IMG/VR virus record: IMGVR_UViG_3300021963_000027
Span: 64,001-128,000 of that record
Source of the DNA: a virus
Direction: 5' to 3' (one strand)
Length of the DNA: 64,000 bases
The translations under genes were made by a program, and so were the position numbers. Shown here one piece after another: positions 1-9,051 of this stretch (positions are counted from its first letter, which is position 1; each line of letters opens with the position of its first letter). A model generated the notes under the pieces. It was not told the origin of the DNA. It worked only from the letters and a program-made list of their open reading frames with translations, and did not search any database.

Positions 1-2
1 AT

Positions 3-140
3 AAAAATACAGGAGAAGGTGATATCAGAAACGAAAATCTTTCCATTATCATCATCAATCCTGATAGCGTGGTTGAATCTAAAATGGTCGAAGAGATCGA
101 TGGAGAGTATTTAACAGCAATGCAGGACGAATTATATTAA
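3..140 (+). CDS. 3' end of an upstream gene (partial, unknown function)
   Basis: Open frame from nt 3 (KNTGEGDIRNENLSIIIINPDSVVESKMVEEIDGEYLTAMQDELY) ending at TAA 138-140. Confidence 0.5.
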   Translation, partial: KNTGEGDIRNENLSIIIINPDSVVESKMVEEIDGEYLTAMQDELY

Positions 141-143
141 ATA
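138..143 (+). promoter_or_regulatory. gp55-type late promoter (representative of about 20 copies)
   Basis: TAA(A/G)TA exactly 5 nt before the start codon here and before starts at 5635, 7636, 9003, 14743, 15271, 17845, 18326, 19000, 23589, 24799, 25104, 32922, 44531, 46051, 46939, 49390, 56262, 56759, 60039, 60534, 63683. Confidence 0.75.
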
Positions 144-148
144 ATAAT

Positions 149-2179
149 ATGAATTTTCAAGTCCAAGAACTTTATGAATCTGTGTTGATCACGGAGATGA
201 ATCAAAAAGTTATTAATTATCTCGAACAACACACGGATGAATTACCTTTCGATCATATTTTCGGAGACAAAATGCGGGTAGCATTTCCTATTGGAACTGA
301 CATCACTGCGCAAAATATCATCGATGATCTACGTAGAATCAAAAATTTTGATAAGATCGATCTCAAAAAAGGAGAAGTCATCCGTAAACTCAAAATCGAC
401 CCAAAATATGGAAAGGGAGATTATCAAGAACAAAAAATTAATATAGGTAGAGCTATCTCAGCTTTGAAAATTGTAGAAGATAAAAAGAAAAAATATCTCG
501 ATTGGTTTGCTAGATATAAAGATAATCTCGAAGCAGCTTTTGAGAAACCTGAATATGTTGTAGTATTGTCTCGTTCTCCGATTGATGTTGTTCGTATGTC
601 CGACCATCGTAATATATCTTCATGCCATTCCCAAGGTGGTTCATATTTCTATTGTGCCATTCAAGAAGCGATAACTGGTGGGGCAGTTGCATATGTAGTA
701 AATTCTCAAGATTTTGACGAATTGACGGAGGAAGAATTTCAAAATGATGAAATTTTTGTCGATCCTGATCGTGGGGTGAGAGGAGCTGGTTATGGTTTAA
801 GACCACTTTCCAGATTGAGGGTTCGTCGATTAGAGGATGATGAGGGTAATGAAGTGGCAATACCCGATACTAAAATATATGGTAATCAATCGATTCCAAA
901 CTTTTACAACTCACTTAAAAATTACCTCCAGAATAAACAATCTATAACTGCTGGTGATTTCACAGGGCAATACGAAAAAAGAGGCGGGACTTATTACGAT
1001 GATCAAATCGAAGAATTGTTAAGTGATTACTTCAGCGATGAAGATAATAAATATTATCGCCAAGACTTCCCCCGTGTGAAGCATAATCGAGATGATGATA
1101 GAGGAGAAACCAGACACAATGCTTTGAGTATTGAAGATGATTTGAGAAATATTAAAGATCGATACGAGGGTCAAATGACTCATAGTAGTGCCGATTATTA
1201 TATATTCGACGATGATGATAGAAGTTATTTCGATATGTCAGGTTATTCACAGTTAGATATTTCCAAATTTAATTTACCTGATGATATTGATATAGAAATT
1301 GAAGATGAATATTCTATTAGAAAATGGGTGGAAGGAAATTATGACGATAATTACGAATACTCAGCACTAATTCAGTATTTAAAAGATGCTTCCGAAATTC
1401 AAATTTATAGAATTGAAATGGATAATCAGTCTATCAAAATAACATTTAATGATCAGGAAACATCATCTGATCCAGATAATTTTGATTATTTTTGTCGAAA
1501 TATGAAAAGATTTGATGATAAGATAGATGACATGCTTGATGATGAAGACGAATTGTTTGAAGTATTCCTCACTGCTGGATTTATAAAGCCAGCCGAAATT
1601 GATGATAAAAATTTCACTATGATCAAAAATTATATCGATTTAGAAGAGGAGCCATTTACTCATTTATCCATATCTGGTCATGATATTAGAAAATCATTCA
1701 CTGTGAAGTTTCCAAACAGGATTTTCGTTATGCAAGGTGATTATAATGCTATTAGAGATATTAAAGGATATATTGGAGAATCTCATGTTAAACGTGTATT
1801 AAACGATATTATCATTAATTTAGCAAGAGAAACTTTCAAACCCGAATCAGACGAATACGATACCGCACAATTACAGTTTGATAAATTTTTCGAATCTTAT
1901 ACAAATCCTTTAGATGGTATAGATTATTCATTATCGTGTAACCCACATGATAATTACGGTAATTTAGAAATTAGTAATATGAGATTAAATTTCCCAAAAA
2001 TGGATAACAGAAATTATCAATTCGTTGAATTTTTAGATGATATGTATCTACATATCATCAACACATTCAAAGTGTGGGTATTAAATATTTTAAAATTTAC
2101 TAATAATTCTAGTTTCGAGGCATTAGCAAATCAATATAACTATAAACAATTATACAAACTATATAATAAATACCTATGA
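149..2179 (+). CDS. Large acidic hypothetical protein, probable late/internal head protein
   Basis: 676-aa ORF; TAAATA 5 nt upstream; N-terminus ELYESVLITE; conserved-looking SRSPIDVVRMSD...SSCH block; ATGA overlap with cca. Confidence 0.6.
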   Translation: MNFQVQELYESVLITEMNQKVINYLEQHTDELPFDHIFGDKMRVAFPIGTDITAQNIIDDLRRIKNFDKIDLKKGEVIRKLKIDPKYGKGDYQEQKINIGRAISALKIVEDKKKKYLDWFARYKDNLEAAFEKPEYVVVLSRSPIDVVRMSDHRNISSCHSQGGSYFYCAIQEAITGGAVAYVVNSQDFDELTEEEFQNDEIFVDPDRGVRGAGYGLRPLSRLRVRRLEDDEGNEVAIPDTKIYGNQSIPNFYNSLKNYLQNKQSITAGDFTGQYEKRGGTYYDDQIEELLSDYFSDEDNKYYRQDFPRVKHNRDDDRGETRHNALSIEDDLRNIKDRYEGQMTHSSADYYIFDDDDRSYFDMSGYSQLDISKFNLPDDIDIEIEDEYSIRKWVEGNYDDNYEYSALIQYLKDASEIQIYRIEMDNQSIKITFNDQETSSDPDNFDYFCRNMKRFDDKIDDMLDDEDELFEVFLTAGFIKPAEIDDKNFTMIKNYIDLEEEPFTHLSISGHDIRKSFTVKFPNRIFVMQGDYNAIRDIKGYIGESHVKRVLNDIIINLARETFKPESDEYDTAQLQFDKFFESYTNPLDGIDYSLSCNPHDNYGNLEISNMRLNFPKMDNRNYQFVEFLDDMYLHIINTFKVWVLNILKFTNNSSFEALANQYNYKQLYKLYNKYL

Positions 2180-3696
2180 AAAAATTCCATAAATTATACC
2201 ACCAACTCATGCGCGAGTATGTGGAAGACTTCGATCAGAAATGGGACAAAGCTGTTTCCGAATCGGAGGAGCTTCAGGTAGCTCTTGATTTGATGAAAAA
2301 TATCAAAGCAAAATTAAAAGGTGAAATTTATATCGTCGGTGGTGTTCCTCGTGATTTGCTCATGGGTAACGCAATTGATGATGTGGATTTGGCTACCAAT
2401 ATTCCTGTAGAACAATTGGAGAAACATTTTGAATTGAGAAATATTTCCAAGAACGATTCTCAACCAGTCTATGCTATCCTATGGAAAGGATATGTTTATG
2501 ATTTGGCAAAATTCAGAACTGATTCTGGTGATATTGGTAGACAAGCAAATGTCTCAACTGAGACTGATTCCTTCCAAGCTGATACAGAACGCAGAGATTT
2601 AACAATCAATTCTTTCGGGTTGGATGAGAATGGTAAGATCGTAGATTATCAAGGTGGTCTGGATGATTTGAAAAACAAAATCGTTCGTGCTGTAGGAGAT
2701 GCCAAGAAGAGATTCATGGAAGATGCTACAAGGATTCTTCGCGTTTTCCGATTCGCTGCCAAGATGGATTTTGAAATTGAAGACGATACTAAAAAAGCAG
2801 CAATCGAATTGAAATATTTGCTTCAAGATCCGAAAGCTATTTCCAAAGAAAGTATCTCAAAAGAATTTTATAAGTCTGCCAAGACTGGTAGAACTCTTGC
2901 CAATTTCTTGAAAAAATTACAAGACACCAAAATTCTCCATGACATTCTTCCTGAATTTACAGAGATGGAAGGTTTCGATCACGATCCTCAACATCACCCT
3001 GAAGGAGATTCTCAAGTATTGGGACACATCTATGAGTGTCTCAACGCTTCTCCCTACAAAGATCCTATTATTAATCTTGCTGTATTATTCCATGACTTTG
3101 GAAAAGCTACGACTAGAGGGAAAAAAGATAATGGATTTAGTAGCTATCATGGTCACGAAGCTGCTGGTGTTCCCATTGTCGAAGGGATATTTGAGAGACT
3201 AAGATTCAATGAATTGTCTCAACAAGATAAAAAGAATATCTTAGCGGCAGTGGATAAACACATGCTCGTTCATAATCTAGACAAACTCAATATTAAAACA
3301 CTGACTAGACTGATCCAAAATCCTGCATGGGAAACCATTAAAGCAGTTGGTTATTGCGATGAAGCATCGAGAGGCTCTGGTCTTTTCAATGAAAAAGAAT
3401 TTTGGGATAAAGTTAAAAGAGCAGAAGAAAAAGTATCCAACATCGGTGGTTCGGAAGATGAAACAAGAAAACGTCTCAAGCAATATTTCAGTGGAAATAA
3501 ATTGATGGAATGGTTTCCAGTTCTCATCAAAGACAAATCCAAGTTCAAAGATATTACAGCAGCACTACAAGAATATACTCTTGAAGAGTTGAATGCTGGT
3601 AGAGAACCAGATGATTCGGAAATGAAGACAATCGTTGCTGGTATTCTAAAGAAGAATCAATTTAATGAATGGTATAATTATTACCAGAAAAATTAA
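2176..3696 (+). CDS. cca: tRNA nucleotidyltransferase (class II CCA-adding enzyme) with HD domain
   Basis: IYIVGGVPRDLLMG..DDVDLAT, RRDLTINS, EDATRILRVFRFAAK; HD domain GHI...AVLFHDFGKA...GHE. Confidence 0.92.
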   Translation: MKKFHKLYHQLMREYVEDFDQKWDKAVSESEELQVALDLMKNIKAKLKGEIYIVGGVPRDLLMGNAIDDVDLATNIPVEQLEKHFELRNISKNDSQPVYAILWKGYVYDLAKFRTDSGDIGRQANVSTETDSFQADTERRDLTINSFGLDENGKIVDYQGGLDDLKNKIVRAVGDAKKRFMEDATRILRVFRFAAKMDFEIEDDTKKAAIELKYLLQDPKAISKESISKEFYKSAKTGRTLANFLKKLQDTKILHDILPEFTEMEGFDHDPQHHPEGDSQVLGHIYECLNASPYKDPIINLAVLFHDFGKATTRGKKDNGFSSYHGHEAAGVPIVEGIFERLRFNELSQQDKKNILAAVDKHMLVHNLDKLNIKTLTRLIQNPAWETIKAVGYCDEASRGSGLFNEKEFWDKVKRAEEKVSNIGGSEDETRKRLKQYFSGNKLMEWFPVLIKDKSKFKDITAALQEYTLEELNAGREPDDSEMKTIVAGILKKNQFNEWYNYYQKN

Positions 3697-3917
3697 TCTT
3701 TGTGCCATTTCTCCATCTTGGAGTAATATTCTGGATCTTCTTCCACATGTTGTTTAGCAATCGTTTTTGCTAACTTCTTTCCTAACTTTGTTTTCCTCTT
3801 AGAAGGATTGACATGCTCTTGCTCTACTTCTTCCCCTTTGGAAACCTCTGGTTTAGGGAGATCTTTTTTCTTAACTTTTTTGAAGTAGTCATTAAAGAAA
3901 TCTTGGAATTTTTTCAT
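3693..3917 (-). CDS. Small DUF5661-like protein
   Basis: GEEVEQEH...AKTIAKQHVEEDPEYYSKM pattern; MKKFQDFF N-terminus. Confidence 0.6.
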   Translation of the reverse strand: MKKFQDFFNDYFKKVKKKDLPKPEVSKGEEVEQEHVNPSKRKTKLGKKLAKTIAKQHVEEDPEYYSKMEKWHKD

Positions 3918-3921
3918 ATTA

Positions 3922-4740
3922 TTAGTGTTCAGTGTTCTCGCTTAATTTTTTACGATATCCATATTCAGCAACAGATGGGTATCCACCTGTAACGTGTTTA
4001 ACTTCTAATGGATCAACTCCTCTAAATTCCCACACCACTTTTTTCTCAAATGGTGTCATGTTGAATCCAGTATGCGCTCTCATTAGAATATCAACAATCT
4101 CATCATGTGACAATTCTGGATAGATTCTACTCTTCAATTCTTTAATTTCACCAGAAGAAGAATCTCTATAGGTGTCTCCATCATAATTAAATTTGGAAGA
4201 ATCGGAAGCAACCCAAAAAAGATCAGTTGCTTTAAAACATTTTTTTAATTCTTGGATATATTCAGGGGTGATATCTTTTTCTCTACACCAGAAAGCGATG
4301 ACTGAGACATTTTTTTTAAGTGTTTTACTTTCAATACTTTTCCAGATTCTTCCTGATTGACTTTTGATTCTCGTTTCTCCCATCGCTTGAGAACGTTGGT
4401 TCTGATTGTAGAAATCTAAATCAGACTTATTCATTTTGCCACACACTTTAACATCATAAGACTTCAACACATTTTTAGTATTATCAGGATATTGAAGTGC
4501 TTCTTTCAACCCATTGAAAATGAATAAGTGAGTTGCTCCAGTGTATAGGATAACATTTCCAATTTTAGAAAAAGCATAACCATCGGAATGAGCATAAACA
4601 CCACCGTCAAATTTCAAAGAATCGGGATTGGATTTGTTCGATGGAATTGTGACATTTTCAAATAATACAACACCTCTGGTAGCTGCACGTTCTTCCAAAA
4701 TTTTATTATAAAGTTCTCTGATGTTTAATTCGTCTCTCAT
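3922..4740 (-). CDS. Hypothetical protein (probable paralog of 56759..57406)
   Basis: Long ORF; ATG 4740 overlaps the upstream TGA; PD..H..GRIWK..FW pattern. Confidence 0.6.
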   Translation of the reverse strand: MRDELNIRELYNKILEERAATRGVVLFENVTIPSNKSNPDSLKFDGGVYAHSDGYAFSKIGNVILYTGATHLFIFNGLKEALQYPDNTKNVLKSYDVKVCGKMNKSDLDFYNQNQRSQAMGETRIKSQSGRIWKSIESKTLKKNVSVIAFWCREKDITPEYIQELKKCFKATDLFWVASDSSKFNYDGDTYRDSSSGEIKELKSRIYPELSHDEIVDILMRAHTGFNMTPFEKKVVWEFRGVDPLEVKHVTGGYPSVAEYGYRKKLSENTEH

Positions 4741-5024
4741 GTCAACCAAATTTCTTCTGTTTGTTTAAATTTATCTATCAATAATTCCAAATTTTTAGAT
4801 TGAAAATTACAATCAATCATGGTCTTTACAGTGTGCCTATTGTTGTTATTACAGAATGATAATTTGTAATTCAAATCAGCCATTTTAGGCTCGTGTTCAA
4901 CGATCATCAGGAATGTATCATACATTCCTGATGGAAGGGGAATTGGATCGCCTGTAAAAATAACTTCCACTCCATCACTATTTGGAGCATTACTCATATA
5001 TTCTTTAGGATAAATTACTATCAT
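4737..5024 (-). CDS. Hypothetical protein
   Basis: 95-aa ORF coupled by ATGA overlaps on both sides. Confidence 0.6.
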   Translation of the reverse strand: MIVIYPKEYMSNAPNSDGVEVIFTGDPIPLPSGMYDTFLMIVEHEPKMADLNYKLSFCNNNNRHTVKTMIDCNFQSKNLELLIDKFKQTEEIWLT

Positions 5025-5635
5025 CGTGCTAATTTCATGTAAACAACCACTGTTTCAGCATTTCGGTCAATGTTGCCATCGTCGTCAAGAGAATAGGAAA
5101 TACCATTGAACACTGGATAAGGCATTGTATCATCGTTTTTATCTTTGTCAATAACAAAACCATTTCGACTGTAGAGTCTGAATAATTTTTTTGGTATGAT
5201 ATTGCCATCACCATCTTGTTCCGCAAAACAATCCAAACGTCTAGCACCATTTTTAATAGCACTTTTTACTGCCGCATCTCCCGAAGATTCTATGCCAGAA
5301 AAAACCGAAACCAATTCATCACCCTTTTTGATGCAATATCCGCTGGTATTGTTTGGTCCGATAAAACATTTCATCTCTGCGTATTCTTCGGGATCATAAA
5401 TGGTGATGTTATTTTTAATATCTTTAAACCATTCATGTTCTTTATGTTCGGGGTCAGCACGTTTAGTGTCCGATTCCATGTAAGCATTGATGATTTTATA
5501 AAATGATCTCCAATCAACTTTTTTAAATTTTTCAGAATCTTCAGGTGTTAGTTTTCTACTGATTTTTAATTGTTCAGGTGATAATTTCCCAAGATCTGAA
5601 AATGCTTCCCAAAAGAATTGATAAAATGACTTCAT
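5021..5635 (-). CDS. GNAT-like acetyltransferase with capsid-targeting-like N-terminus
   Basis: ELVSVFS..SGDAAVKSAIKNGARRLDCF...LFRLYSRNGF; start reassigned to ATG 5635 (MKSFYQFFWE), TAAATA 5 nt upstream. Confidence 0.6.
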   Translation of the reverse strand: MKSFYQFFWEAFSDLGKLSPEQLKISRKLTPEDSEKFKKVDWRSFYKIINAYMESDTKRADPEHKEHEWFKDIKNNITIYDPEEYAEMKCFIGPNNTSGYCIKKGDELVSVFSGIESSGDAAVKSAIKNGARRLDCFAEQDGDGNIIPKKLFRLYSRNGFVIDKDKNDDTMPYPVFNGISYSLDDDGNIDRNAETVVVYMKLAR

Positions 5636-5655
5636 TCTATTATTTAATAAAATTT

Positions 5656-5934
5656 TCAACTATCTAGGTATTTGTCAATAACCATCGTAAGATAGTCGGC
5701 AAACCAACAAATAGATGATGCGTAAAATCCCCAAAGAGGGATTAGGAAAGGTGTGCCTGACCAGAACATCCCGAAGAAACATCCTACCCAAAATCCGAGA
5801 CACATGCAGCACTTGAATAATTTTTCAAAGAATTTCATTTCAGTCAAACGATTTCGAATGGGATTTAGAATTGATCCGTATTTCAGGATCAGACAAGCAC
5901 CAATTAATACAAAAGATTGAAACCAAAGACTCAT
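5656..5934 (-). CDS. DUF1360-like small membrane protein
   Basis: Hydrophobic helices and LFKCCMCLGFWVG motif. Confidence 0.6.
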   Translation of the reverse strand: MSLWFQSFVLIGACLILKYGSILNPIRNRLTEMKFFEKLFKCCMCLGFWVGCFFGMFWSGTPFLIPLWGFYASSICWFADYLTMVIDKYLDS

Positions 5935-6128
5935 CCTAGAATAAGTTTTTGGTCATCAATCGTTTTCACACCATCTGAAATCAGGAGTGCTTCTTCTTTT
6001 CTCACGATAATTTTGTTACCAAAATCATCTGTGATTTCTACCATACCGTCTGTAAGTTCTGTGACTACTGGGCAACTTTTCCCTTTGCAGCACAACTTAA
6101 CACTATTATTATTCAGAATTTTAATCAT
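5931..6128 (-). CDS. Hypothetical Cys-containing protein
   Basis: 65 aa, LCCKGKSCPVV; overlaps the next gene by 4 nt. Confidence 0.55.
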   Translation of the reverse strand: MIKILNNNSVKLCCKGKSCPVVTELTDGMVEITDDFGNKIIVRKEEALLISDGVKTIDDQKLILG

Positions 6129-6139
6129 AACAAAATTAT

Positions 6140-6523
6140 TTATCCAAAGATTTGAGAAATCAATGATTTTCTCTCTTTCAAATTATAAACAAATACTTTC
6201 AATCCTTTATTTTTAGAATAATCAATCATGTGTTTAGTGCCTTTCGATCCCCCATCCCACACAGCTACAAGAGCATCTGCATAGTCACCCATTTCCTCAT
6301 TCCTACGTGGTCCTGCCGATTTTCCAAATTTTTTCCAATTAGCAGGAAATTTTTTAATAGGGATATTGTTTTCTTTAGCCCATTGTTCTCCCATGGTGTC
6401 AACACCACAAGCTTTGCCTGAAACCACTTCAGTTATTTCAGATGACCATGGACATTCTTCCATCGCTGAAAGAATGTCCTGATATTTATTCACATCGCGT
6501 GAACCAGCTATAATACAGCGCAT
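6140..6523 (-). CDS. SLOG-fold (YspA/DUF2493-like) protein
   Basis: IIAGSR...VVSGKACGVD...PANWKKFGKSAGPRRN...VWDGGSKGTKHMI. Confidence 0.85.
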   Translation of the reverse strand: MRCIIAGSRDVNKYQDILSAMEECPWSSEITEVVSGKACGVDTMGEQWAKENNIPIKKFPANWKKFGKSAGPRRNEEMGDYADALVAVWDGGSKGTKHMIDYSKNKGLKVFVYNLKERKSLISQIFG

Positions 6524-6524
6524 A

Positions 6525-7205
6525 TTAATAGCCCCATGCTTTGAGAGTGTGTTCGAATGGATTACCGTCGATGTTTTTCACAAGCTGTAGCATTTCGTCA
6601 GCAATATCGCGAATTTCTTTTTGAGCATGTTCGCTGCGACGAAGCTTGATGAAGTTGGCAAAAGAACGCATGTTGAACATAACGTCTCCTTCAATTTGAC
6701 TGTTGTAAGTCTTGAAGAAGCGAGCGGATTCTTTTGCGCGTTTGCGTCCAAGAACAGGCTCAAGGTCTTTTAGACAAGAATGATAGAGCTTATTACCTAA
6801 TTCAGTATACCCTTCGAGAATTTGCTTCCACGTTTCATAACCACCAATAAATTCTTCAACATCTTTAGGTTGAGATAGAGACGCATTGATACCAATCCAG
6901 TCATCAGGAAGATAAAATTTATCTTCTTTTAGTTCTTTGTATCGAGCGGACTCAGCATTGATGGATGCAATACGATGTTTAAGCAAATGAATGTGACTAG
7001 CGATTTCAGTATCAACTAGGAAGTGAACCACCCCCTTTTCAAACGGTGTCTCATGACCATTGCTCCATAGCATGTCAATTAGTTTTGGGATTCGAGATTT
7101 CTTATCCTCTGTCAAATCGCGACTCGTAGATGTCCATGCACTGCAAGCGATAATTTCGTCGCTTCCATAATACCCTAGTAAGGTTACTTTATTTTTATTA
7201 TTCAT
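6525..7205 (-). CDS. thyX: FAD-dependent thymidylate synthase
   Basis: GHETPFE, HLLKHR..SINAESARY, LRRSEHAQKEIR. Confidence 0.93.
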   Translation of the reverse strand: MNNKNKVTLLGYYGSDEIIACSAWTSTSRDLTEDKKSRIPKLIDMLWSNGHETPFEKGVVHFLVDTEIASHIHLLKHRIASINAESARYKELKEDKFYLPDDWIGINASLSQPKDVEEFIGGYETWKQILEGYTELGNKLYHSCLKDLEPVLGRKRAKESARFFKTYNSQIEGDVMFNMRSFANFIKLRRSEHAQKEIRDIADEMLQLVKNIDGNPFEHTLKAWGY

Positions 7206-7208
7206 ATT

Positions 7209-7586
7209 TTATTTTTTCTCAACAATAACTTTCATAAACATTGGATAATTCTTGATCCGTTGTTGTGCGATTTTTAAATTAGCACAAAAAACATCGATTA
7301 CAATATTATTTTTACCTAATTTTTTAGAAGCAGATCTAGCTTTCACTGCACTTCCAGTGTCAATAGCAGTCGTAGTTAGACCCATTTGTGGTATTTTTAC
7401 TTTACTACCATATGAAATAATTCTAGGATCAACTGCCACTGTTTTACCACAGATCGGTTTCTTCCCAGTAGAAGTTTGATAACCAACTTGACCACCATTG
7501 TTTGGCCAATAGTATGTAATTCTCGCCATATATTCTTCTGAATAGCAGAATGTGGTTAGTAATGATGCGATAATTATTTTCAACAT
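7209..7586 (-). CDS. 3D-domain (MltA-like) cell-wall protein with signal peptide
   Basis: TSTG...TVAVDPRIISYGSKVKI...AIDTGSAVK...IDVF; hydrophobic N-terminus MLKIIIASLLTTFCYS. Confidence 0.8.
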   Translation of the reverse strand: MLKIIIASLLTTFCYSEEYMARITYYWPNNGGQVGYQTSTGKKPICGKTVAVDPRIISYGSKVKIPQMGLTTTAIDTGSAVKARSASKKLGKNNIVIDVFCANLKIAQQRIKNYPMFMKVIVEKK

Positions 7587-7592
7587 GTTTCC

Positions 7593-7620
7593 AATTTAGC
7601 ACATTTTTTTAATTTGTCAA
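7593..7620 (-). promoter_or_regulatory. sigma70-type early promoter
   Basis: TTGACA-N16-TAAATT on the minus strand (TGTGC before the -10); ATG 6 nt after the -10. Confidence 0.75.
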
Positions 7621-7635
7621 GTACTAAATAATAAT

Positions 7636-8043
7636 ATGGGTGAATTAAATAAAAATGTTTTTCCAGATACCATTAAATTAGAAGATTTGGGCATCATTAA
7701 AGGAACGAGAAAATTTCGTCTGTTGGAGGATTTTCGTTGTTATTTTAAAGGTAAATTACTCACCATCCCCAAAGGGTTTATTACAGATGGAATTTCTGCT
7801 CCTAAATTTGCATGGCCTATTATCGGACCTTACGGACCTGCTTTCCCCGCTGCTTTGATTCACGATTGGTGTTTCTCTCCATTCAATAAAGAATATAATT
7901 GGAAAGAATCGAATTGGCTCTTTCTAGAATTGATGAAGGAAGCTGGTGTAGGTTTTACTATGAGATGGACTATCTATTCTGCTGTTGTGGCGGGATCATA
8001 TCCCATATGGAGAAAAAGAATTGAAAGTTACGGTGATAAGTAA
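7636..8043 (+). CDS. DUF1353-family protein
   Basis: FRLLEDF..IPKGFITDGISAP..AALIHDW; TAAATA 5 nt upstream. Confidence 0.8.
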   Translation: MGELNKNVFPDTIKLEDLGIIKGTRKFRLLEDFRCYFKGKLLTIPKGFITDGISAPKFAWPIIGPYGPAFPAALIHDWCFSPFNKEYNWKESNWLFLELMKEAGVGFTMRWTIYSAVVAGSYPIWRKRIESYGDK

Positions 8044-8047
8044 TAAT

Positions 8048-8626
8048 ATGAATAGCGAAGAAATTAAAAAAATGCAGAAAAAAATCGGTGTTGTTGCTGA
8101 TGGATTCTGGGGTCCGAAATCGCAAGATGCTTGTAAAAAATATTTGCGTTCATTGATGCCTAAAAACAATCCATGGCCAAAAAGCGATCAAGCATCTCTA
8201 AGAAAATTTTACGGAAATCCAGGAGATGAATCAAATCTTGTAACGGTCACTTTACCATATCCTATGTATTACGATGGCAAATTAGTCACCAAAACTCGCG
8301 TCAATAAAAAATGTGCTGATTCTTTATTGAGAATACTCACTAATATTAAAAATATAATCCCAAAATATCCTGATATTAAAAATGAAGCTGAAGATTATGG
8401 CGGCATTTATAATTTTCGTTTGAAGCGTGGTGGTTCTTCTTATTCCCTACATGCTTACGGTGCTGCCATCGATTTAGATGCTGATGAAAATACTTTTCGC
8501 GATAGTTGGCCGATGAAAGCGGATATGCCGCTGGAAATCATGGAAGAATTTGCAAAAGAAGGTTGGATATCTGCTGGTGCGTTTTGGGGATATGATGCTA
8601 TGCACCACGAAGCAGTAAATAGATAA
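8048..8626 (+). CDS. Endolysin, peptidase M15 type with short N-terminal peptidoglycan-binding segment
   Basis: MQKKIGVVADGFWGPKS; NFRLKRGGSSYSLHAYGAAIDLD...WGYDAMHHE; start taken at ATG 8048. Confidence 0.85.
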   Translation: MNSEEIKKMQKKIGVVADGFWGPKSQDACKKYLRSLMPKNNPWPKSDQASLRKFYGNPGDESNLVTVTLPYPMYYDGKLVTKTRVNKKCADSLLRILTNIKNIIPKYPDIKNEAEDYGGIYNFRLKRGGSSYSLHAYGAAIDLDADENTFRDSWPMKADMPLEIMEEFAKEGWISAGAFWGYDAMHHEAVNR

Positions 8627-8638
8627 ATTATAAAAAAT

Positions 8639-8677
8639 ACCCGCCAAAGTGTGCTTACAAGTAGAGGCATGGCGGGT
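8639..8677. terminator. Inverted repeat between convergent genes (possible bidirectional terminator)
   Basis: ACCCGCCA...TGGCGGGT stem with a long loop. Confidence 0.4.
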
Positions 8678-8685
8678 CTGCTAAA

Positions 8686-9003
8686 TTATTTATTTGGGTT
8701 TAATCTTTCCTTTAATTTTGCAAATGCGTTTCTTATCGCATTATCAATATTATCGGAATTTCCCGTGCATTCATCTTCAACATCTTGGATGATTTTTAAA
8801 ATTCCTTCCAATTCTTCTTCTTGTTCGCCATAAACATGAGCAGTCACCATTGGAGGTGCTATTCCAATTATTTGTTTATTATAAGATAATTTAGTACCAG
8901 CTTCTTGGGGGACTTCTTGCTTCGGAACTCTTTGAGGTGGATTGAAACCACTTTGATATTCCAGAATCAAATCAGCATAGACTTGTTGTAAAAATTTATC
9001 CAT
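8686..9003 (-). CDS. Hypothetical late protein
   Basis: Start ATG 9003 (MDKFLQQVYADLILE) with TAAATA 5 nt upstream. Confidence 0.55.
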   Translation of the reverse strand: MDKFLQQVYADLILEYQSGFNPPQRVPKQEVPQEAGTKLSYNKQIIGIAPPMVTAHVYGEQEEELEGILKIIQDVEDECTGNSDNIDNAIRNAFAKLKERLNPNK

Positions 9004-9051
9004 GATATTATTTAATTTGATAACATAGATTTCCATGTTAAATAATGATAT

